64,000 nucleotides of DNA, from contig OX597815.1 of NCBI GenBank assembly GCA_951406725.2, positions 123,876,001 to 123,940,000 on the forward strand. The letters run 5' to 3'. The position numbers were made by a program, and so were the translations under genes. Under the pieces are notes generated by a model, which saw nothing but the letters and a program-made list of their open reading frames with translations, was not told the DNA's origin and made no database searches. This stretch comes from Octopus vulgaris (lineage: Eukaryota). Shown here one piece after another: positions 1-14,053 of the stretch; position 1 is the stretch's first letter; the number at the start of each line of letters is the position of its first letter.

Positions 1-538
1 AAAAGCTTATACATATTAAAATTACAATTAGGAGATCTTAAAAAATACGTACCTTCTATTCAATTTTAAGTTATGAAGTAAATTTAAAAGCCTAACTGTT
101 ACAGCGTTAACAAAATTACATTATCAAGGAAATAGAATATATTTTTAATAAATTCTTTGCGCGTGATGAACGAACGTTATTTTAAAGATTATGAATGGAA
201 TAGAATAGAATATGTTAATCAACGTAAATAGACTGAATTTACTAAAAAATTCTTTAATAAAGCAATCATGATAAACGAAACCCATACATACAAATATAAT
301 GATAAAACATCCCTTTACCAAATACACAATAACAAACCTATATAGCAATCCTCCCATCAATACATTCACACACAAATACACACACATATTTACACACACC
401 CACAAACATATACATATACACACTCACATATACATATACATACGTACAATACTCGATATATCCACCAATATATTCACACCCACACCCATACAGAAAATAA
501 ATAAATACATATACATTCATAATAGTGGTTTTGTCTCT

Positions 539-545
<7 letters not shown>
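1..545 (+). mobile_element. Degenerate Penelope-like element fragment
   Basis: Peptide traces (FTKYTITNLYSNPPIN) resemble the PLE linker FNxxTIKxSYSxxPN. It ends with aatagtggttttgtctc, a motif shared with the PLE terminal repeats at about 5396 and 56388. Confidence 0.35.
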
Positions 546-597
<52 letters not shown>

Positions 598-780
598 CAT
601 ACATACATATATACATATATATATACATATATATATACATATATATATATATACGCATACACATACATACATACATACATCATCATCATCATCATTGTTC
701 GACCGTGGTCGAGACAATACATACTTACATACTTACATACTTACATACTTACATACTTACATACATACATACATACATAC

Positions 781-810
<30 letters not shown>

Positions 811-811
<1 letters not shown>

Positions 812-2760
812 ATCAAAATAAGCAACAAGGATATCCAGAGGTAGTGCAGTAGGATCGTTTCATGCGACTCCATTTAATTGAACAATGCAAACATTACAGC
901 AATTTAAAATGTAGAGAAATATTCAGCTGCATAAAAATTAAGAATTTAGTTAAATTCGAAGGACTCATTTGTATAATTTTATCCAGACAAAGAACATGTT
1001 TTACCAACATCATAGTTGTAACTGAGATTTTTTTCAAAAAAGACACTGCTTATCACTGATTATTTTTGTTATTTAGATTTAATTATTGGGGGCGGGGTTC
1101 AACTTTAATTTATAGGCTAGTTTACCAAATCTGAGAGAAGACAGTGTGTAGTATCATTTTAGGGTAGGTCAAAATAGATAGACAATTTAAGTGGCAAAGT
1201 CATAAATCACGATTTCTTTGAAGCAAAGCCATTTGGTTCAGTAAGAATATACTTCAGACAAGATGTTAGCTGCTATTAAGTAGACCAATGCTTAAGGGAC
1301 AGGGAAAATCTTATCATATAGTAGTAGTACATTTACCTACTATAAAACAATAATTTTTAATCTACCATTTTGAATTATTAATTTTTTTCTAATAAATTAT
1401 CTTACCTATTGATATAAATAAGCTAAATATACCTTACCATAGTTTTGGTAGATAAACCATTTTACCCCTTTTCTATAATGTTCTCCAAATGATTATTTTT
1501 TATTTATTTTTATTTTATTTATTTATTTTTACTTTTTAAATTTTTTCTTTCTCCCTCTCTCTCGTTTTTATTAATGTATATCAACATTTAGATACACATA
1601 TGCATATTATGTATATGTATCTGAGTATGAATATGTATGCATGTATGTAAAATACATCATGGTAATATAATCTATTATAATACAATATTTGTGAATAGCT
1701 ATAAAATCCATTTAATGTACAATCCTTAGTTTAATATACAGAGGTATTCAGCAGAATCGGTCAGCCAAGCGGTTATCTACTTCTGTATGGATCTGTTACA
1801 TAAGTAGAAAAAATATCAAACATTTTGAACTGAATTTTTCAGCTTTCGCTCACATTGAATGATTAGATCTACAATCGAAAACATTCGTGCGTTGATCAGC
1901 CAATCTCTTTTGTGGATTGTAAAAAAGAGCTGTATTTTCTAATGTATGTTTTTATGATAGTGGGTATGATATGAGGAAGATTGGTCGGTAATAAGTTAGA
2001 CGTGGATTGAGCCAATAACGGCCAAAACCAGTCTAAGTTATATCTAAAAAGATGAGTAACTACAGAGAGAGTTCCTCGCTGGCCCAGGTGTTTTAATCCC
2101 GTGAGGTGTGTTTACTTTTTAAGATATTTATTCAGAGCGTTGGTCTTTGATGATGATATTGACAACAAGCAAGATTTGTAAATGCTGTTCAATTGTGTAA
2201 ATTTGATGATTGTTTACAAGACACTGAATTGCCATTGTATTTAAGTAGCAATCCTGTTCAATATAAATGCAAACAAATCTATTTCTTAAATTCTTCAATA
2301 AGTATTCAGTAAAGATATCAATATATTGATTTTTTAAAAACCTTGGCTTCATTTACTTTGTCAGTGTAAGTGAATTGAAAAGACTGTATCAAAACCAGGT
2401 GCCAGAATCATCTTGCAGGAGTTTAACCACTTTAGTAACAAGATATTTATGTATTTCAGATTGTACAAATGGTATTCTAATAGTTATTTTCTCACCTAAC
2501 TTTGGTTAAACATGTTCAAACAACTCTTTATCTTGAAATGAATTCCAGATTATTAAGATATGGCACGAGTGACTTTTTCGGTGAGGTTAACGTTAACTTC
2601 TGGATAAGTAAACTTTGACAAAATTTCTGTATTGATGATTTAGTCATGGATGGGTCGAGTGATATCTTTTGAACAAGATCCTAGTTTGTATATTGGTAAC
2701 GAAGCTTTTAGAGTCTCCCTTTGCTACAAAGAAGTAATATGATCTTATAATAGAAGGTCT
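811..2760 (-). mobile_element. Decayed Penelope-like retroelement (RT, linker, GIY-YIG, terminal repeat)
   Basis: Minus-strand traces appear in PLE order: DI..DPSMT (RT motif DIxxFYPSI), EYLLKNLRNRF, KWF..SIGK, CPL, LSSQIW, YNYDVGKTCSL/LCLDK. A hammerhead-bearing terminal repeat follows. Many stops and frameshifts. Confidence 0.55.
845..931 (-). ncRNA. Degenerate type I hammerhead ribozyme with long stem II
   Basis: UGCAG-CUGAAUA-[long stem II]-GAAAC-GAUC-CUA-CUGCA. Stem I is perfect, but core G8 and the stem III G are mutated. A paralogous 3' half at 18121-18196 (+) retains GAAAC-GAUU-GUA-CUGCA. Confidence 0.6.
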
Positions 2761-2970
2761 AGCTATGTTTACGACTGACTAAATGGCTATAAAGATAAGG
2801 CCGTGGTCTAAAGACGAAGATAATGAGACAGAATCTCTATGAAGAGATGAAAACGATTGGAAGGATAAATCAAATCTGTGAGCTTTATTTTGGTCCGAAT
2901 TTGTTTCGCGAAAGTACACAAGAGATAATTGACTGACACACAGACACACAAACACACAAACTGACAGACT

Positions 2971-3023
<53 letters not shown>

Positions 3024-3400
3024 ACACACATATACACACACACGCGCACGCACTCATAAATACGCACAGAAACATAATCATATATGTATAAATACATACA
3101 CAAACACATACATATATACAATCACAAACAGACTACAAATAATTATTTATGTCACATTTCCTATCATATTGCATATATGCAGGTCAATACTAACTAGTCT
3201 ATAAAACGCTTGTAATTTCTGTATAAAATTCAAGGAGGACATTTAGCAAGCTTTCCCGAGAAAATAAATAAAAGTATAATCTATTTTTAACGGGTTTTCA
3301 TACTCAATTGCCTAAGATGGCTACTAAAGGATATTGACTGTGTAAATAAGCACGTTCGTAATATTTACAGAAATTCACATAGGACTTACAGCATTATTCT

Positions 3401-3590
3401 CCAGCAATTTCGGGGAGGGGATAGTCGATTACATCGACTCAAGCGTTCAACTGTTACTTATTTCAAAGACCCGGAAAGGCTGTAAGGCAAGTCTACCTCG
3501 GTGGAATTTGAACGCAGAGCGTAATGATGGACGAAATGCCGCTAAGCATTTTGCCCGGCGTGCTAACGATTGTCCCAGCTCACCGCCTTA
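3401..3590 (-). mobile_element. tRNA-derived SINE (family A tail)
   Basis: Reverse complement starts ggcggtgagctggg...gcgttcaaattcc (A/B box-like), followed by the conserved gcct..cctttc.gggtc core shared by many copies in the window. Confidence 0.8.
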
Positions 3591-4156
3591 GAAAATTAGT
3601 ATTTAATATTGTAAGTAGTATATAATATATTGGAAACTGCTTTGCAATCGCCTGTTTTGCTCACAAGCTAAAGCCACCTCTCACAATGTTAGAAAACTCT
3701 ACTCCATTTGGGTAACTGGTTGACTCAAACTTCGTTAATGAAGCTAAATGAACAGAAACTACACCGAAGTCTATCGGTTGAACCATACTAGTTTTTAATC
3801 ACCCGGTTTAGCTCGACCTCCCGACCCTATAAGTGCTATTTGCAAAGCCCACTTCGTTTTTGTTAAGTCTCTAGTTTTCCTTCCCTAACGTGGCTGAGCA
3901 ATAGAAAACGTCTTTTATCCTAGCCAAAAATTTGTCTTGATTCCTTCTGTCAATGAGTTCATCTTTCCAGGCTAGATAAAATAACTACCTTTCAAGTCCC
4001 GGGGTATATATATTCCGCTGTTCCTTTCCTTGACGTTGGGCCAATGCATGTGAGAAACAATATTGAAGTAGAGATCAATACTTGTGCATGTGTGTGTGTA
4101 TATATTTACACACATATACACGTTCACATATTAATGTACACACACGCACACACGCG

Positions 4157-4248
<92 letters not shown>

Positions 4249-5114
4249 AGTCACAATATATGGATTCAAATAATCCAGTAGTACTCATAAAAAACTTCCT
4301 TAATGTAAGTAATTTATTTATTGTTAAATATAGTAATATAAATTATTTACATGTTTTAAGATACTGAACAATTTGTCGTGATATTTGAATTTTCTTATTG
4401 TTAAATAAAATTGCTGTGTCATTTATGAATTATACACACACACAGACACACACACACAGACACACACACACAGACACACACACACAGACACACACACACA
4501 GACACACACACACAGACACACACACACAGACACACACACACACAAATATATTAGCTACAGAGGTAGTATTAATACCAACAAGTAATGTTTATTCCCACTT
4601 AAACGACGATGTTCTGTTAGAACAAACTTTACTGCGATAGATACCTTGAGAAAACCTCGCATATAGGCTTTGGTGCAAAATGCACACTTGTTTATATCAC
4701 TAGCAGGGAGATAAATCGTCACCAACTCCTGCGCCGAGACCAGCACATCACGGGATTTCGACCTTCCATTGTTTCATGGGTATTGTACGCTCGATCGCTA
4801 ACGAGAGCAGTGACTAACCTCCCGCTAAACATATATAAAGAGAGAAAGAAAAGAGAGGGGAAGAGAGATAGCTATCTTTGTGTGGGTATGTAAAAAAGAA
4901 CGTGACACCTAAGAAATACGATGGGTACACAATACGACAGAGCAAAAAGAAAGGAAAAAACACAAAAGCAACGCAAAATACAAAGCGATGAAAAAAAAGA
5001 GGAAGAGAGAATTTTGGGACGATTGAGGAGGGACACACACACACACACACACACGCATATACATACATATATATATATTATATATATGCATACATATGTA
5101 TATATATATGTATA

Positions 5115-5163
<49 letters not shown>

Positions 5164-5188
5164 GTATATGTATATATATATGTATATA

Positions 5189-5504
5189 TATATAATATAA
5201 TTCGAGACAAAACCACTATTTTAAAACCAAACAAGGAAAGACTTAATCAATACATAAAATTTTAATACTGATTAGAAGATCGAAAATCCACCTGAAGATT
5301 GTCGGTAGCAGACATGAAACAATTGTAGTGGAGGTTTATTTAATTTATATTAAAATTTTATGTATTGATTAAGTCTTTCCTTGTTTGGTTTTAAAATAGT
5401 GGTTTTGTCTCGAATTATATTATATAATATTTTACTATAAAATTGGATTTAACCCTAAATCTGATTTTTCCCTGTAATTTTGGATTCATTCCCTAATATT
5501 TATT

Positions 5505-5520
<16 letters not shown>
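5189..5520 (+). mobile_element. Penelope-type terminal repeat with a perfect 79-bp inverted duplication
   Basis: Arms 5189-5267 and 5348-5426 are reverse complements enclosing a hammerhead. The 5396-5500 tail is homologous to 56388-56492. Confidence 0.75.
5287..5332 (+). ncRNA. Minimal type I hammerhead ribozyme, catalytic core intact
   Basis: Stem I UCCAC/GUGGA, core CUGAAGA, stem II UGUC/GACA, GAAA, stem III with palindromic CAAUUG, cleavage triplet GUA (cut after 5327). Confidence 0.8.
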
Positions 5521-5576
<56 letters not shown>

Positions 5577-5982
5577 CAGAGAGAGAGAGAGAAAGAGAGA
5601 GGAGGAAGTGGTGGTAGTTAAAACATTGCACAAGACAGATAATATAATGGTAAAGAGGAGGAACGATGAGTATACTTTTCTCCTCTACCTTCTCTAACTC
5701 TTCTTAACCCGTAAATACATTGAAATCAGTCTAATATCACACATTTAGGTAAGATTGTTTCCGTGCGGTCAGGCCAGTGAAGAAGTGAATAGAAACTTTT
5801 CCTTGCAGTCACCGTAATCAGAGACGAGCGAGATCAAGACGGCATGACTTGATGAAATATAAGTAAATGAAACTTGTTCCGATGTTTGTATGGGTGTATC
5901 TGTACGTGTGTGACTTTGTTGTTGTATGTATGTATGTATGTATGTATGTATGTATGTATGTATGTATGTATGTATGTATGGA

Positions 5983-6017
<35 letters not shown>

Positions 6018-6259
6018 ATGCGTGTCTGTAAATGCACACTATAAATGCGTCACTATTATCAAGAACAAACGACACACACGACTAAAGCAGTTTCTGAAGA
6101 AAGAGAAAATCGCCTTTTTTTAATAACAATACCCGATTGCTCTCTTAGCATTTGTGATTATTTTTATCTTTAAAGCAGAGGCGCGAAAAGAAAGCTGATA
6201 AACGAGATTGTTGTGACGAATTTTCTACCTCTATCTCATTGTTGGTCACAAAATAGCAA

Positions 6260-6372
<113 letters not shown>

Positions 6373-7321
6373 GGGGCGAACCTGGACGTCGACGAGGAGT
6401 ACCTGACCCGCCTGTTCAGGACGACTTTCGGGCCAGGGCCCATGGACAACTCCCAGAGATCCCTGGCCTGGCAGTACTACCGAGAAGCGCTACCCGTTCG
6501 GGATAAGCTCTACAGACACGGCTCGAGAAACACGGGGCCGACCTGCCCGAGATGCGGTCAGTGCGACGAAACCGTTCTGCACGCACTCGTGCAGTGTCCA
6601 ACAATTTCCGACCTGTGGGCTTATGTCGAACAACTGCTGTCACGTGTGGGACGAGTCGGTTTATCAGCTGAGTCTATCGTCAATATTGTCACGCCTCCTT
6701 CCTTCAAACGGGAAGGAAGAGCTATTTTCATCATCCTTGTGGCTATGGCGAAAGAATGTATCTGGTGGACGCGTCTGAAAGGATTGGAGACAAACACTTT
6801 CCTCTCTGGTCAATCTCTCATCAACTTCTTCAAGTACCACTTGAAAAGGAAGGTGAGAGTAGAGAGGCAAGTTTTGTCTAGCGAATGTTTTAAAAAAAGA
6901 TGGGTGAATGTAGCAAGAATGGCACGTATGAATGACGAAGCCACCTTGAGCATGATCCTATGAACCCAGAAATTGAAAACAGAGAGTTGCTTATTCGCAA
7001 AAAAAAAAAAAAAAAAGAAATATAACATGTGACTCCATTGGCCGAGGTTACCGTGGTCTTTTCCGTAGGCTTTTCTTTCCACGGGTAAACCTCACCTGTC
7101 CTCCCCTTTACACTTCATATTGACATTTCTGTGATAACGATCCCTATTGATCAATTTTTTTTTAACCCCCTTTTTTGTCCTCTTTCTCTCCTTTTACGAT
7201 CCCTTTTGATCGAAACTCCCCCTTCCTTTTTTTTTTTTTTTTTTAAAAACCTTCAAAAGAAAAGCTCTACCTTGTAATTTGTTCTATCTGTGTGCAGCCC
7301 TGTGTGGCTAATAAAGAAACA

Positions 7322-7322
<1 letters not shown>
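6373..7322 (+). mobile_element. 5'-truncated Tx1/L1-type non-LTR retrotransposon (ORF2 C-terminus with zf-RVT, plus 3' UTR) inserted in (TATC)n
   Basis: Uninterrupted frame 6373-6963 with W..YREALPVR..CPRCGQCDETVLHALVQC (zf-RVT CCHC). The 3' UTR ends gtggctaataaagaaacat, and (TATC)n lies on both sides. Confidence 0.85.
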
Positions 7323-7386
<64 letters not shown>

Positions 7387-7426
7387 GTCTGTCTGTCTAT
7401 CTGTCTGTCTGTCTGTCTGCTTGTCT

Positions 7427-7474
<48 letters not shown>

Positions 7475-8454
7475 AATCTATCTATCAATCTATCTATCAA
7501 GGTAGCTATCAATCTCTCTCTCTCCCCCTACTCTCCTTCTGTAGCTCTTACAGTGTCTGCTCTACACTCCTTTCGCGCACCAAAAATGAGCCATCGACCG
7601 ATTAGATGTTTCTCAAATAACTCTGTAGAAACCGAACAATATAGACTACAAGACTCTACCTCTCACCAATTTACACTCTCGACCCCACTACCCCACCGAC
7701 TACCACATATTTAAGTAATTCAATAACCTCCTGCAAAAAGAGGACTTCAACAAGCAAACATCTGCTCAAAATGCCTTAAAAGAATTCGTCAATTTCAGTA
7801 GTTCAAAACTGTATTCTACAGTAGGCTCTTGTATGTTTTTAATGATTTATAACAGTGATACAACACAATTGTTAATAACAGAGTTTTCAACTCCATTTAA
7901 CATCAAGTACTAATACCGAAAGAGAATTTTAAGATTTTGTTTGACTTTTCAACAAAATTTTCAAATTTTCCTACAATAAAAAAATGTCAACCTACATTAT
8001 TACTCTCTCTCTAAAACAAGAGTACATGCATTTTAAGGTGAATTGCTATCGTTCTTCTGATGTTGCTCGTTAGATTTTAAAAATCCGAGTTATTCAAGCT
8101 GAATGACATCGCTCATGACTCTTTAAAGAGCTTCTGGGATAGGTGAAAGGGAAGGAGAAAAGTATCTTCAAATTGGAAGCGTGGTCTTAAAGGTGTCAGG
8201 TGAGAGTGTGTTAAACTGAGCAACGGATTACTCTATTATCCAAGTAGGCCATGGCAGAATTCGAACTCAGAACACAAAAAGCTAGAATAAATATCACAAA
8301 GCAACCGGTTCAACGTTCATACTGTTCTGCCAGTCCAGTACGCTAGATTGGTACTATTTTCTTTTAATCAAACTCGAGCGGATGGAAGGCAGTCTCCTCA
8401 CGCGTGGGGGATTTTTTTTTATTAACATGTAGACATAAACATATAAACATATAA

Positions 8455-8592
8455 GCGCAGGAGTGGCTGTGGTTCCAGTTCAATTCCACTGCGTGGCACC
8501 TTGGGCAGGTGTCTTGTATTATAGCCTCGGGCCGACCAAAGCCTTAAGAGTGGATTTCATAGACGGAAACTGAAAGAAGGCTGTCGTATATA

Positions 8593-8669
<77 letters not shown>

Positions 8670-8890
8670 GTGTGTGTGTCTTTGTGTCTGTTTGTCCCTC
8701 CCCATCACCGCTTGACAACTTGTGTTTGTGTGTTTGCGTCGCCGTAACTTAACGGTTCTGCAAAATAGACCGACAGAATAAGTACCCGGCTTTAAAAATA
8801 TGTACTGGAGTCGATTTATTCAACTAAAAATCCAAGGCGGTACCCCAGCATGGCCGCAGTATAATGACTGAAACAAGTAAAAGATAAGAT
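8455..8890 (+). mobile_element. tRNA-derived SINE with CORE-like segment and internal (TA)n/(TG)n
   Basis: gcgcaggagtggctgt head, ccttgggcagg CORE-like motif, tail ggccgcagt..gactgaaacaagtaaaag. Homologous to 17775-18090, 57560-57765, 57978-58065 and 59030-59235. Confidence 0.75.
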
Positions 8891-10217
8891 ATAAAGAGTC
8901 GGAAGATAAATTCTGTCAAACCTGAGCTTTGCTTGTGAAGCAAAATGAAAAACACATTGGTCTGGATTATGTTACAGAAAAGTATGTCAATCAGAGATAT
9001 ATGTCTCACCATTATAAGTTATGAGTGTGTTGGCAAAATTGCATTCATTCTAATGATTATTATTTCGACAAGTAGAATTTATTCTGAGCTGAAATATAAT
9101 GCTTTGAAGACGATGATTGTTGTGCGGAATGCCCAGCAAAATAATGATGTGTTTATGAGTTACTGACAAAAACATTATAATGCTATTCTTCCGATCGCAA
9201 CGTGTCTCTCTTCTCTCTTATATTACCATCTGTTTCTGTTTGAAAGTCATCTTGATACGCGTGTCAAAATTGGAGTGATCAGCGCTAAAGATGATCATTT
9301 TCGTTGATCTTTTAACCTTGTTATAAGATCAAATGATATTTTACGTTCGTATTATATTACCTTCCTAACTACGACTAATTTTTTTTATATTTCTATAATT
9401 TTAGATGTTTTATTTATTTTATTGTAATTTTGTACAGCTGCTCCTGTCGTTTTATGGGTAACAGCTTGTGTGACTCATCGAAAACTAGCTTTAACATTAT
9501 ACACCAAATTGTTGTCTCCAGAAGAAAGATAGTAAGTGTTCAGTAATGAGAAAAGATTAAGTGGTTGTGACTGGATTCTTTCGTTGCAAAAATATTTTGT
9601 TTCTAAATAAACGTAGTAAACAGTGAACATTAGGAGAAGACTCGATGTCTTTATACTGAGGCTTATAATTGAGTAAACAGTCTTGGCATCATAAACAATT
9701 CAAAAGTATCAGTCTTCCATACAAATCATTTGAAAGTTCTTGAAGTCTAAACTAGTTTAAGTAATTTTATAGCAGTTAATTTAATATTTATCAATATTTA
9801 TCTTGTTAGTATAGTAACAGGCAAGACATCAAACTGATACTTGAGTGATGGCATGTGTGTGTGTTTGTGTGTTTGTATATGTGTATATGTGTATGTGTGT
9901 GTGTGCATGTGACCAGGAGGAGTAAAACTGACTGTTTCAGATGTGTTTGCAGACGATACATTGTGTCTGAGAGCGAGACACATATTTGTAATTGCTTCGA
10001 ATCAAGGTAGTCTGGGATATGTAATATGAAACAAATTCAAGAAAAAGCGTTCCTTATGTATAAATACACTCAGACACAGACACACATAGAAGCACACAGA
10101 TATAAATTCACATATATGTGTGTGTGTGTGCGTCTGCATACATACATATATCTGTCTGTCTGACTGACCGTCTGTCTGTCTGTCTGTCTATCTGTCTGTC
10201 TGTCTGTCTGTCTGTCA

Positions 10218-10309
<92 letters not shown>

Positions 10310-10912
10310 GTCGAATAATTTGAGCTTGTTAATCAGTTTCATACTCCACTCCTATATTCAGCACGACGTGAAACTAACCATCGTATCACGGGCGAAGTTA
10401 GCCTGCTGAGTATAAGCTATGCTATATCAATATATATATAATTCGCTACGTGTCTTTGTATGTATTTTTATAACGTGGTTTCCGTATATGCCACCTTAGT
10501 GTCGTGCACTAATGCAGTGTGATATAGTACCACGGAATAGGATAGATACAAATTGTCTCCACTTGATGCATTCCCAAATACTCTGCAAACAACTGTAACC
10601 AATGCAGAACAACTCTCAACGAAACTATAACAACTTTATTTTGTTTTTGCATTTGTTTCATAATGCGTAATGAAATAGCTTTCTAAATTAGCCAACGGCG
10701 CTTTAACCCTTTTATTATAACAGCATCTTTACTCAGCGTTGTGTTGGTCTTTTATATTTGCTGGCAGGGGGAAACTAATGCAACAAATAGAGTAGCAGTC
10801 AGAGATGCTAAATGCAGGTGAACTGTAACGGGATGTCTTGTTCTGAAGTCGTTGGTATTTTAATGAAAATAAAACAAAATTTTTGTCGAAAATTATATTC
10901 ATGTTATCAATA

Positions 10913-11028
<116 letters not shown>

Positions 11029-11562
11029 GCGCACGCACACAAATATGTATGAATTAGATATTAAACTCTTGTTTTCAAAATATCATCGCTCAAGTAACTC
11101 TTATGAATTGTACATACACACATACATACATACATGCATGCATACATGTATACATGCATGCGTGCATGCATACACACATACATACATATATTCTTTCAAT
11201 TTTTCCCTTTCTTTCCTTTTAGTCAGTTTCTCTATGCTTGTCCTTTCTGACTTTCTGAAACCAAGCGGTATTCCCTTTTCTAAGTAAAGGATAACACATT
11301 CACACACACACACGTATTTCTATGCATATGCATAGATGTATATATAAATACGAGTACGTATGAGTGTATGTGTTCAGTATGTGTGTTTGTGTATGTATAT
11401 GGCTGTGTGTAAGATGTTTCCTCTCGTTTTGTTCAATATATCGTGAAGACCGTAATAGAATAGGGATTAAGTGATAGTTTATCCTATCTATTGATGGCTG
11501 ATACGTGTAATTACAAACAATTGGCAAGCAAAATCTATAAATATTGAAAGAGTTTCAGCTAC

Positions 11563-11688
11563 CTGAGGGTTGAGCAGAGTTTAAATCCTTCGCAGACTTC
11601 TACTTGCCGCTTGTAAACAGGTCGGTAATAGGTTTCAGTGTGCTCTCGAGGAACAGACACTCGTCGTTCTTCTATACAAACATGGCGA
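11563..11688 (-). CDS. EGFL7: Second coding exon, N-terminal part of the EMI domain, EGFL7/EGFL8-like
   Basis: Strong acceptor (ttttctcatttgtttcatttttcag), 126 nt, phase 2-2, open frame RHVCIEERRVSVPREHTETYYRPVYKRQVEVCEGFKLCSTL(R), donor AG|gtagct. Cys spacing and the C-x-G-x3-C-S-T-x-R ending match the EGFL7/8 EMI domain (recalled human RRVC...SESFVQRVYQPFLTTCDGHRACSTYR). Confidence 0.88.
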
Positions 11689-12878
11689 CTGAAAAATGAA
11701 ACAAATGAGAAAATTTTAATGAAAAGTTTCTATGATGAATGGCAAAAATATTAGTGGATACAAAACTTTCAAATAACTCAATTATATATCAAAAATAAAA
11801 TAAAATAAAAACATCACTGGATATAGGCATTGTGATGAACCATACGATAGTTTTATAGCTTTAATCTTGATCTACTTGTTTAAACGTTTAAGAGAGATGT
11901 CTGCAGCGGATGTAAGCTTGGAACGAACATGTAGCACGATCCATCATCCGTATTTCTCATACACACATGTTCATGAATATTGCTCTTTGATATATTGTAT
12001 AAAGGTATGTGTTCAATTACATACCTTAGTGTGTATACGTGATTTTATTCTGAAGAAATCTGTTTAGCAGCGATCCCATACTCAAAGTAAACTTAGAAAG
12101 GAAATCACAAGAGCGTTTTAGTGGTCTTTTCCCATCAAGTGGGCTTTTTATTCTTTTGGTGTGTCCGGCAATTTCTGAGTCTTTTAGAGTATTTCACCTG
12201 ATAAAATAGAGCATTTTTGACATCGTTTTCTAACGCTTGCTTTCCCTTTGCTGTTTTAATGCTAGGTGATTCGGTAATGAAATTCCCAATTCACTAACCC
12301 TTACTTTCGCGTGTGCGCGCATGCACACACATACAGATACACATCACACTCACACAAACACACACGCACACACTCACATGCATACACCCACCTGCACGCC
12401 TCTCTTTCTCTCTCTCTCTCGCGCGCGTATATTTTCTATCGTCCTCGCTGAACTTGTGATCATCGTAAAGAAATAAAAGGACTTATGGATATATAATCAT
12501 TAAAATAATTAGTCCTCCCGTACAAATAAATGCGTAAATGAACTGATATACAAACACAAAATATACACACACTTCTTGATTACATGCAGCAGAACAAGTC
12601 CTTATAGTATGTATCTCTTCACAAGCTTTTTTGTTTAGGAATTAGCATTTTTGCTTTGATATTTTTCTTGTCATGTTTCACATTAATGTTTATTGTTTGT
12701 TGAACTTTTTTCTGGTTCCGATGTGGTTCCGATGTGGCTCAGCTATTTCTTTTTTAGCATTTCAATAAATATTTTTAGATCGAATATATCAACGATTCAT
12801 CTTTAGTCTTATACAAGCTGGCTTCTTGATTTTCTTTTAATATGCTGAAGATTTTAAGCCTGATGTTAAACACTCAAA

Positions 12879-12935
<57 letters not shown>

Positions 12936-12938
12936 GAT

Positions 12939-13479
12939 TGAGTGAGACAGCAGTGCATGACATCAAAGTGACACTGGGGTAAAATATACAAAGTCCAGTA
13001 TACTCACCATAACTACTCGTCTGATAAGGGTATACCAGACACATGCATCACAGCCATATGCGCGCAAGATGGTGATATCATATCAAGATTAGCAGTGCAT
13101 GACCTTGCAGATGGGGCCCAGTTAGAATTTTCTTCAGGTCGAGTAACCCATCGCGCTGAATATGTCTCTGAATAAGGTTTGCTTAAAGAAGTTGAACGAA
13201 ACACCCATGTTTCCAGAGGTGTGTCATTCAAACGCCAAAGAATTCCGCTCAGTACATAGCTATGGTGTTCTCTCACTACTTCTGCTCGTGATCTGAGATG
13301 CACATATCGTCAGCCATCAAGAGACATGCTCAACTTTTTAAGGTCAAACAACTGACAAATGAGCAGAATATTTGCTGTAGCCCATCTTTTATACCAAAGC
13401 AAAACATGTATATAACAACACTTCCAGTCAGTTAAGATCAGAAGCCATGAGAATCAGTGCCTGGTACTGCATCAGGGTT
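12939..13479 (-). mobile_element. About 540 bp non-coding retroposon ending in (TAA)n
   Basis: Homologous to 13761-13970; both copies share the same 3' terminus abutting (TAA)n on the minus strand. Confidence 0.7.
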
Positions 13480-13499
13480 AATAATAATTATTGTTATTA

Positions 13500-13705
13500 A
13501 GTCGGCGAGCTGGCAGAATCGTTAGTACGCTAAAAGAAATGCTTAGCGATATTTCGTCTGTTGCTACGTTCTGAATTCCGCCATGGTTGACTTTGCCTTC
13601 CATCCTTTCGAGGTCGATTAAATAAGTACCAATTACACACTGGGGTCGATGTAAACGACTTAATCCCCTCCCCCAATCTGCTCCAGTAGCAAAAATTTGA
13701 ACTCA
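13500..13705 (+). mobile_element. tRNA-derived SINE (family A tail)
   Basis: cggcgagctggcagaatcgttag head and gccttccatcctttcgaggtcga core. Confidence 0.8.
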
Positions 13706-13726
13706 TCATCATCATCATCATCATCA

Positions 13727-13760
<34 letters not shown>

Positions 13761-13761
<1 letters not shown>

Positions 13762-13970
13762 GAGTGAGAGAGCAGTTCATGCCATCAAAGTGACACTGGG
13801 GTAAAATCTACGAAGCCCAATATACCCATCATGACTACCCGTCTGATAAGGGTACACCAGGCACATGCATCACAACCAAATGTGCGCGACATAGTGATCT
13901 CATATCAAGATAAACAGCACATGACCTTGCAGGTGGGGCCCAGTTAGAATTTTCTTGAGGTTGAGTAGCC
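13761..13970 (-). mobile_element. 5'-truncated copy of the (TAA)n-associated retroposon
   Basis: Matches 12939-13148 and is flanked by (TTA)n on both sides. Confidence 0.75.
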
Positions 13971-14053
<83 letters not shown>

